From: Octopus vulgaris | Lineage: Eukaryota | NCBI GenBank assembly: GCA_951406725.2 | Contig: OX597817.1 | Location: 166,470,001-166,534,000, forward strand | Direction of reading: 5' to 3' | Length of the DNA stretch: 64,000 bases | Part shown: piece after piece, positions 53,216 through 64,000 of the stretch | How positions within the stretch are numbered: the stretch's first letter is position 1 | Layout: every line of letters begins with the position of its first letter | The notes under the pieces: model-generated | Databases searched by the model: none | What the model saw: the letters and a program-made list of their open reading frames with translations, nothing else | Told to the model about the DNA's origin: nothing | Position numbers and translations under genes: made by a program

Positions 53216-53625
53216 AAGAAGTTCGCTTCCCAGTCACATGGTTCCGGGTTCAATCCCGCAGCGAGGCACTTTGGGCAAGTGACTTCTATTATAGCCTCCG
53301 GCAGACCAAAGCTTTGTGAGTGGATTTCATAGCCGGAAACTGAAAGAAGCCCATCGTATATACATATATATGTGAGTATATGTATGTGCATGTGCATGTG
53401 TGTGTTCACGCACGCATTTTTACCCCTTCCGCCGTTACTGCTGAGTGACCGGTTCTGGTGTGTTTACGTCCCCGTAACTTAGAGGTTCGGCAATAGTGAA
53501 GATAAAATATATACCAGACTTCATAAAAAAATAAATCCTGGGATCGATTCGTTCGACTAAAATTTCTCCAAGGCGGTTCCATCATGGTTGCAGTCTATTG
53601 ACTGAAACAGGTATAAGATAAAAGA
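53215..53625 (+). mobile_element. SINE family A (head at 51283-51321), host of the concatemer
   Basis: Family A sequence continues across the TSD. Confidence 0.82.
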
Positions 53626-54544
53626 ACGATAAACTGTTTGATACCCGGTTGGTTTGTTCACGCCCCCTTTAACTTAGAGATTCGACAAAACACAGCGTTT
53701 GACTAAATACGAAACGTAAAAACGAAAGCATAGCTTTGTGCCTATGGCAAAAAGTATGATTTCTAATAATGATAACTTGAAAAAAATTTTCTTTTTACAT
53801 TTTAGATATTTAATTAATAAAGATTAAATACAAAAAATACAAGAAGGACAAAAGAAAGAGTAGGTTAAACAGCAGAAGTTTCGAGAAGTACAGGAGAGTA
53901 ACAGGAAATGCGACTCGAACTAAAATTCTTGGAATCGTTTGTAGTTATAAAACTAATTTACTACACTCAGCTGTAGTTCTCGAGAAATGCATGAGCTCCA
54001 CAGAACCGCATTCCCGTTTCGTTTTAACAAACTGTTATATTATATTTCTTTTACTCTCTATTTCTTTATCGTGATACTCATTACGAGATCTTCACCAGAA
54101 TATTCATCACAACTCCGACGCTCCACGACGAAGAAGACAACCACCACCACCACCACCACCACCACCACCACCACCACCATTGTCATCATCATCACCTTCA
54201 TCAATTTTTATTTTTTTTTGTCGTTGATTATCTCACAACCATCGGAGCACTAAACGCACGTGCATTAGATGGTTGTGATCTATAAACAAGTTCTGAGTAG
54301 GAACCGGAAAGAGAAGTGCGAACACGCAATGTGATGTGCACACTGAATTCGTAAAACGGAAGGTAAGTATAAAAACGCAATGCGCATGTCAAAATAAAAC
54401 AGAAGAGAACAATAAAACAAGTTATATGATTGGTCTGCATGCCACGTCTGACACCAGCATCACGCAGCTTTGCTACAATTTTCTTGTTTTAGATGAATAT
54501 GATGTTAATTTTGCTATTGTTGATAGCATCCATGTTGGTATGAT

Positions 54545-54762
54545 GGCGAGTTGGCAGAATCGTTACCGCGCCAGAAAAAAAAAATGTTTAGCAGCATTTC
54601 TTCCGACTTTACGTTCTGAGTTCAAATGCCACCGGGGTCGATTTTGCTTTTCATCCTTTTCGGAGTTTGTAAAATAAGTACTAGTTGAATACCGGGATCA
54701 ATGTAATCGACCTACCCGCTTCGTTCGAAATTGCTGGCGTTGTACCAAAATTTGAAACTGAT
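54545..54762 (+). mobile_element. Diverged SINE family B
   Basis: GGCGAGTTGGCAGAATCGTTA...GTTCTGAGTTCAAATGCC. Confidence 0.72.
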
Positions 54763-54824
54763 ATTATGCATGTTTGTAATGATAAACGTAGTGATATAGA
54801 ATAAGGTGGTGAAAGAGCGTTACG

Positions 54825-55014
54825 ATAATTATGAGGATGATGATGATAATGAGGAGGAGGGGGGAGGAGGGGGGAGGAGGGGAGGAGTTACAGTGGATGT
54901 GAAAAAGAACGATGCTAAGGAGAAAGGTGATGATGATAATGGGAGGAGCTGGTGATGGTGATAATGATGAGGATGATAATGAAGATGATGATGATGATGA
55001 TGATGATGTTGATG

Positions 55015-55045
<31 letters not shown>

Positions 55046-55164
55046 TTGTAGTGATGGGTGATGGTGATGGTGATGATGATGATGATGATGAGACGATTCC
55101 AAAGATATTGCTGCTGAGCTGCTGTTGCTGTTGTTGCTTCAACCAATGGTGATGGTAGTGGTTG

Positions 55165-55226
<62 letters not shown>

Positions 55227-56140
55227 GGTGGGGCGTTGGTGGTGCTGATGATGGTGGGGTGGTAATGAGGACGATGATGAGGAGGGGTGATGATGAGGAG
55301 GGGTGATGATGATGATGATAATGAAAAGGAGGAGGAGGAAGAGGAGCTGCTGCTGCTGCTGATACTGATGATGATGATGATGATGATGATAACGATTACG
55401 ACGACGATGATGATGATGATAAGAAAGAGAAGGAGGACAACCGAGTATTCCCTTGGCAACTCATCCATCTTCCTTTTTCTTTGTGTTCTTCGTGTTGATG
55501 TTATTGTAACTGTGTGCCTGCTTTTCTAATCTCATCATCCTCACAATTGTACATTGTTTATGTAGTTGTCATTGCTGTTGTTGTTATTATTTTGTAGAGT
55601 TAGTTGTGTAATCGTCGCGGTTGTCATTACTTTCGGCGTTCTCGGCTCTTTTACATTGTAACTGGTTTATATACCGTCATCATCATCATCATTTTCTTCT
55701 TCTTCATCATCATCATCATAATCATCTTCATCATCATCTTCATCGTCGTCATCGTCATCATCTTCATCGTCGTCATCGTCATCATCATAATTATAATATC
55801 ATCATCATCATCATCATCGTCATCATCATCGCCATCATCGTCATCATCGTCATCGTCATCATAATCATCGTCATCATCATCGTTGTCGTCGCCATCATCG
55901 TCGTCGTCGTCGCCATCATCATCATCTTCATCATCAGCCTCATCATCCTCATCCTCATCATCATCATCGTTCATCTTCATCATCAACGTCATCATCGTCA
56001 TCGTCATTATAATCATCGTCATCATCATCATCTTCGTCATCGTTGTCGTCATCATCATCTTCATCATCATCGTTATCGTCGTCGTCGTCGTTTTCATCGT
56101 CATCATCATCATCATTAATACGACCACATCCATCATCATC
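54825..56140. repeat. Trinucleotide region: (GAT)n/(GTA)n block followed by (CAT/CGT)n block
   Basis: Direct reading. Confidence 0.92.
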
Positions 56141-56467
56141 GTTTCTACGTCCTGAGTTCAAATGCCGTCGACGTCAATAATTGTCTAGAAGGCTTTCCCA
56201 AACATTTCAGACCTTGTGCCTGTAGTAGAAAGGATTATTACTAAAGTGGCGAGCTGGCAGAATCGTTAGCATGCCGGGCGAAAAGCTTAGCAGTATTTTT
56301 ACCCGTCGCTACGTTCTGAGTTCAAATTCCGCCAAGGTCGACTTTGCCTTTCACTTGAAAAGGAAGATAAGTCTAGAAAGGAAGTGTTGTCTTCTAGTTA
56401 GTTTGCTGAAAGGTAGATGAAAGTGGCGAGAATGGATGCGAGTGAACAGGCCTGCTCTGGGCTCCCA

Positions 56468-56768
<301 letters not shown>

Positions 56769-57050
56769 CATATATATAATACAAAATGGGACAAGAACGC
56801 AAAACATCCGGACAGCTAGGTAATACAAAAATGGGACAATAAAACATCCAGATAGACGATACAAAGAAAACAAGGTCATTCGAAATTTTCTTACCTCAGT
56901 CAAGCACCAGATTATCCTCGCAATTTCGGCTGAAAAACTAAGCTAAGAGCATTAGATTCCTTGGAAGAAAGCAGCGAATGTATACAAAAACAAGGACGGG
57001 AAAAATCGGACAATGTTACACAAATACAAATACGATAAAAATAATATGAT

Positions 57051-57098
<48 letters not shown>

Positions 57099-57403
57099 CG
57101 TGCAATCAGAAATCTACATAGTATCAACATGATATGTGTCATTGAAAGCTTTCACGAGGAAATTAACCTCTATTTCAGTCGAAATTGGGACGGAATTCAG
57201 CTGACCAATTTTGAAAGAGATTGTAAGTCGATGGTGAATACCTTACTAGAGATCTGTAGAGGAACAGAAATGTGTTGTGAGACAAAGGCTGTCACCCAGA
57301 TATTAGGGAAGTAAGTGTTACGAATGGTAAAAGAATCTACATATACATACAGACACGCACCCACACACACGTATGTACATATATGTATATATATGTATGT
57401 ATG

Positions 57404-57477
<74 letters not shown>

Positions 57478-57532
57478 TGTTTATGCGTGTGTGGATGTAC
57501 ATTATATATATATATATATCATTATATATATA

Positions 57533-57650
<118 letters not shown>

Positions 57651-58223
57651 GTACATCCACACACGCATAACCACAGATAAACACGTATATAGCGCTTGTG
57701 TCAAGCATCTGCTAGTCTTCAACAATTGACCTAGTCCTCAAATGCATTGCATTAAGAATGTTATTTTCAACGACGCATCGATGCATGTCAGTTTCCTATA
57801 CACACCCAGGCATACATCTATTCATATATACATATATATATATACCCAAATATACAAACATATAACTATACATATGTATTCATACATCTACATACGTTGG
57901 AAAATGCGTGTAGACATGTTTATAATCACACACAAACATACGCATTTATATATACATATATACACGCAAACATACACAGGCGCGTGCTCAAACAAATGAA
58001 AATTCATGTATGCTTTCTAGGAATTATATTTTACAGATTAAAACCTGTTGTAAGATATTTACATTCATTCGTTTATATGCATCTATAAAAACAAGAAGTA
58101 TGCCTCATAGATGTACATATTAATAGGGGTGGGCCTTTTTCAGGTTAAGTAAGTATGTATGTATTTACGTATACATACATAAAAATGATTTTACAAATAC
58201 AGATATATATATATATATATATA

Positions 58224-58261
<38 letters not shown>

Positions 58262-58511
58262 TTTTATATATATATATATGTGTGTGTGTATGTATGAATG
58301 TGAGTGTATACATATGTGTGTGTGTGTTTATGTATACGCACACACACGTAATGAGTGGTAAATTAAGAAAGGGTCGAAAGAGAGAAAAGGTATGTAGGGC
58401 GATAAGTATGGGATACCCAGACGCATACATATACATATTTTTACATACGTGTTCAAGCGCGCGCGCATGCTCGGCCATACGTGTATGCATGTACATATGA
58501 ATGTGCGTATG

Positions 58512-58568
<57 letters not shown>

Positions 58569-58574
58569 TATTTT

Positions 58575-58790
58575 TTATTTTTTACTTGATTTAGTCATTA
58601 GATTGCGGACAGGTTGGGGCACTGCCTTCAAGAATTGTTATTGAAATAAATCGACCCCAGCACTTGTTTTTCTTTAAGCATGCTACTTATTCAATCGGTA
58701 TCTTTGCCAAACCGCTAGGCTGCAGGAACATAAACTCACTAACACCAGTCATAAAGCGGTGGTGGGGGACAAACAGTGATATATATATAT
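58575..58790 (-). mobile_element. Diverged SINE family A 3' half
   Basis: ATCGACCCCAG..ACTTATTC.ATCGGTATCTTTGCC.AACCGCTA. Confidence 0.65.
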
Positions 58791-58856
58791 ATATATGTAC
58801 ATATACATACATATTTAGTACATACATTCAAGTACATATATATATATATATCTTTA

Positions 58857-59395
<539 letters not shown>

Positions 59396-59559
59396 TGTAT
59401 GTATGTATGTATGTGTATATATATATATATGTGTGTGTGTGCAGAGGAAATATAAATCTAAACAAAGTAAGTGTACACTAGATATAAAAGTAATATTTTT
59501 TTATAAAATCAATGCTATATACATACAAATAAATGATCTGAGGTGGAATTAAGAAGTAT

Positions 59560-60130
59560 AAAGACCATTATCATGAGTCAATGTAGAAATTCATACCGGT
59601 TTTGTCATCGCTTTTCACTGACTTTGAATCAACACCGATTTCCAAACGGTCTAACAGTAATTGTGTGAAAAGATCGCATGTAAATGAGGTAAGCAGTTCT
59701 GAAAGTGATGCAGTTAGGGTGATCTGATTAACAGAGTATGAACGGTATATGGTATGTATGAGGATTAGTGGGATTATTGGTATCAGTAAGGTTAGTAGTG
59801 TCCCGTATTAAGTTGTGTGTTCATGTTAAGTTGTCGTTGATATTTGTTAATGAAAGTTACCTCTTCATTTAGTGTTCGCTGCACTGAGGTGTTCTGGGAA
59901 CATTCATAAAAATGGAAAATTAGCAAGTTTGGTTTAAGGTTCATACCACATCTATCTATGTGCTTGCGAACCTGTATCTGTCTATATTGTGAGAAGCGTT
60001 GTTCTTCGTCTGAGGGACATTCGCGTTTGGCCTATATAGTGGTTTCTTCAACCTGAGCAGGTAATATCATAGGTTAGATTTTGAGAGGCACGAGTGAAAC
60101 TTGACATTATCTTAAATATTTCACCTTGTT
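59560..60130 (-). mobile_element. PLE GIY-YIG remnant with 3' UTR
   Basis: Minus: FTRASQNLTYDITCSG*RNHYIGQTRMSLRRR ... HIDRCG..EEVTFINKYQRQLN. Confidence 0.75.
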
Positions 60131-60133
60131 ATA

Positions 60134-60194
<61 letters not shown>

Positions 60195-60357
60195 TATACA
60201 TAATAAATATATGAATGAATAAATACATACATACAAACATACTCATACATACATACATACATGTAAACGCATATATCTAGTCACACGAGTGCATATTAGT
60301 ATTATTGTTGTATTTGTGTGCCAATAGATATAGATTCATATATGAATATTTATTTGG

Positions 60358-60407
<50 letters not shown>

Positions 60408-60931
60408 AAATCTGTTCTGTTTGTGTGTGTGTGTCTTCTAGGATCTCGGGAATCCTCCATCCGATTGCGCTCAAATTTGATATCTAGATACCCTCTGTAT
60501 CAGGGAGTGTATAAGTCTTGAAAACATTACAAAAATTTATTCCGGGTGAGAATGCGATCGATAAAGCAGTTTTCTCCTGCTTTTCTTCGTCAACCTGTAC
60601 ATAACTGCACCTTCCATTTTGTGTTGCTTTTGTACTGCTTAAATGCTTTCCTGCCAAGCTTACTGTTTAAACTATGTTTGTGTTCTCCCAGTCAACAGCC
60701 TTATCATTACTGGTACTTTAAACTCTTCATATTTGTGTGAATAAAATCGTTTTTCTTTGGAATAGAAAAAAGCCTATCTTTATTTCTTCTTTTGCTGGTG
60801 TCTCGAATTTAGGTTAAATCAGTGTTTCTCAAATGTGAGACCTATGGGACGGTCGGACAAGTTGTTTTGAGAAAATTTGGTTTAAATGTTTGACAACTCA
60901 GCACCGTCCATTGGACGGGGGCGTTTTTCTC

Positions 60932-61212
<281 letters not shown>

Positions 61213-62027
61213 TTGTATCCATGTGTATTTATATAAATAGGCATATATATAATATATTGAATTTCATGCAAATGCACACCTACTCGTACACACTCGCTAT
61301 AACACGTGTAGCCACATTATAAGAAAATGCAGTAATATAGCAGTATTATAAATAATGCAGTAATGTTTGGCGTTTTTTTTCCAAAACGTTTTTTATCCGA
61401 TTTTTATCACGGAATTGTTTCGACGCAATGATCTTCCGTTTCTCTTACGATTTCTGAAATACTCAAAGCTGAAATCGCATCCGAAATTAACAACTATTGC
61501 AGACTCTCTTACTATTCCCATATATCTTCATCGTTGTGTGCACACGCACAACTGTGGGCCTTCGTGTATTTGTATTCGGTCACACCCTCACGCTTTCAAA
61601 CTTAATAAAATCCTAGCCGTCCACATTCATACATATATACATATATGTGTGTGTGTGTGTCTGTGTGTGTAATATATACGTGTATATACGTATATGCATA
61701 TATACATTTGTGTGTGTGTGCCTGTGTGTGTATGCGTCTGTTTGTATTCATGTATATACGCATATATGTATATATGTTTGTTGTGTTGCGTGAATGTGTA
61801 TAAACATATATACGCGCTAAATACGAATATACGTGTGCTTGTGTGTGTATGTGTGTGTGTAAGTAAGTGTGCGTGTGTGTACGTATGTGTGTGTATGTGT
61901 GTGTGGAAGTGTGTGTGTGTTTGTATGTGTGTGCGTGTGTGTCTGTGTGCATGTATATGTATCTAACCAGAAAGAAACAATTATATAGGATACATAATGT
62001 ACATACAGGCCCGGCCTCGAAAGTAGG

Positions 62028-62084
<57 letters not shown>

Positions 62085-62279
62085 CACACACACAAGGAAA
62101 AGCATAGATAATATTCGGGTATTTGTGCTGACTGCATATATTTCGCCTTTTTGATGAGGGCGGCTTTTTGTGTTGTTACTAAAATAATTTTTATTGTAAT
62201 TATTGTGTGAGTTATAGTAGAACCGTATCAGTCGCCAGACCGCAGTTGATACGAAGAAAACTTCGATCCTAATAATAAA

Positions 62280-62718
62280 TCTATACATATAAAGCTGAAG
62301 TTGTCTGTGTGTGTGTGGCAGGTTCGGTAGCCTTCAACTAACACTATCTCCTCCGAGACCCTTCGGCGCAAGTTGACCAAAATTGAGAATATGATAGAAG
62401 AAGGCTTGTTCTTCAACCCGTAGAAGAAAAATTCAAATCGGACCATGTTAAGACCAAAAATTATTTACATGAAAAATGTGCTATTTGTCTATGAAAATCC
62501 CTATTTTTTACGATTTTTGACTGCTGTGTCGCCATTTTTCGGTGTATTTCAACCAGAATAATGTTCACTTAAAATGAATAACCAGCTAAATAAGGCAAAA
62601 TTTTTACTTTTCACAAAAGATTGAAACTATGTCAAAACTTTGTTAACGCGATATCAAAGTCTGCCGTTTTAAGCGCAACTAAAAAACAAACCTGAGCAAC
62701 GCCGGGCTATACTGCTAG
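62280..62718 (+). mobile_element. Non-autonomous Helitron (3' end shared with the 24658 family, different body)
   Basis: A|TCTATAC start; ACAAACCTGAGCAACGCCGGGCTATACTGCTAG|T end. Confidence 0.8.
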
Positions 62719-63044
62719 TGTCTAGAAAAAACTAACAGCTTTTGTGTTTCTGATTGACTAACGTAAGTCTTCTACGCTATTATAGCTTTAGTTTCAACAC
62801 TCGGTCTCAAATTGAATCGCTTGCTTGACTAGTACATCCCTGAAATTGTTTTAGCTTTTGTCATTATTGTAATTTTTGCATATTTAAAAATATGTTATAC
62901 CTTCAACAGGGGTAGAAAAACAGCCCTCTTTATCCTGTTTTACTCTTCCTTTCAAGGCATCTGTCATTAGTGGTTTGTAGAAGTGGTGATTTACCCATAA
63001 ACTAATCTCCTTGCCTTGACTATTTGCAATATAGAGTGCACCGA

Positions 63045-63190
63045 CGGCGGCACCGTGTTGGCAGAATCGTTATCACGCCGGGCGAAATGCATAACGGTAT
63101 TTTGTCCGCCTTTATGCTCTGAGTTCAAATGCCGCCGATGTTGACATTGCCTTTATCCTTCGGGGCCGATAAAATGATTGCCAGTTGAGC
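63045..63190 (+). mobile_element. Diverged SINE family B fragment
   Basis: TGGCAGAATCGTTATCACGCCGGGCGAAATGC...CTGAGTTCAAATGCCGCC. Confidence 0.7.
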
Positions 63191-63630
63191 ACATTTTGAA
63201 GGCATATTATATTTAAGGAAAGATGACCCGAATCTAGTCACTGCAGCCAAAACCCAAACCACGCCCACGCTACACCCACGCTAAGCCACCGGATGGCAAG
63301 ATGTGCATTTAACAAGATTTGATTATTTCTGCCAAAAAAAGAAAAAAACAAAATAACAAAACAAAACAAAAAAAAACAGCAAATAGCTGAATAGTTTCCA
63401 CGTCGGCTCATCATTGAATATTAGAATAGTATGTTACTGTATATCAGTGTAATTTACTATCATCATGACATGTTATATTTTTGTGCATTATTACCATCAG
63501 AATGGTATGTTGCTATATTTTTGTATATATTTTTTATTAAGTTTTGTTTTTATATTTTTTGATATGCTATGCTACTAAATTTCTTAGCAATTTTTTTTAC
63601 TAACAGAACAATATGTAAAAAAAAAAAAAC

Positions 63631-63946
63631 TGACGCTCCGTCGGTTACGACGACGAGGGTTCCAGTTGATTCGATCAACGGAACAGCCTGCTCGTGAAAT
63701 GTATGTGCAAGTGGCCGAGCAATTTACAGACACGCGTACCCTTAACGTAGTTCTCGTGGATATTCAACGTGAGACATAGTGTGACAAGGCTGAGCCTTTT
63801 AAATACAGGTACTACTCATTTTTGTCAGCTGAGTGAACTGGAGCAACGTGAAATAAAGTGTCTTGTTCAAGGACACAACGCGTCGCCGGCAATCGAACTC
63901 ACGACCGTGAGCCGAACACCCTAATCGCTAATCCACGCACCCTCAC
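63631..63946 (-). mobile_element. SINE with D-type CORE-like domain and C-type tail
   Basis: Tail CTCCGTCGGTTACGACGACGAGGG as in family C; CAGCTGAGTGAACTGGAGCAACGTGAAATAAAGTG as in family D. Confidence 0.78.
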
Positions 63947-64000
63947 GATTGTATGTAACATATTAATATTTTTTTTATCATTAAACTGTTATGTTCCTAT

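Noticed and set aside
55621-56161. Poly-His/Asp/Met ORFs
   Set aside because: (CAT)n repeat artefacts

Overview
Repeat-dominated, AT-rich eukaryotic intronic/intergenic DNA; the SINE families and microsatellite load point to a coleoid cephalopod, probably Octopus (inferred from recalled repeat motifs, no search run). I can support no intact host protein-coding gene, and nearly all long ORFs are microsatellite translations. Contents: five modular SINE families (A-E, my labels), decayed Tc1/mariner transposons (mariner, DD37D, DD41D, MITEs), non-autonomous Helitrons, a CR1/L2-like LINE 3' end and several Penelope-like element (PLE) RT/GIY-YIG remnants. The most notable signal is about a dozen hammerhead-ribozyme (HHR)-like motifs in short non-coding modules inserted in (TA)n. 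Several of these modules are fold-backs, including a near-perfect 427-bp palindrome with an HHR on each strand, and one family shares both termini with a PLE in the window. A 10-unit SINE concatemer sits inside a single target-site duplication (TSD). All structures were paired by eye; none was computed.
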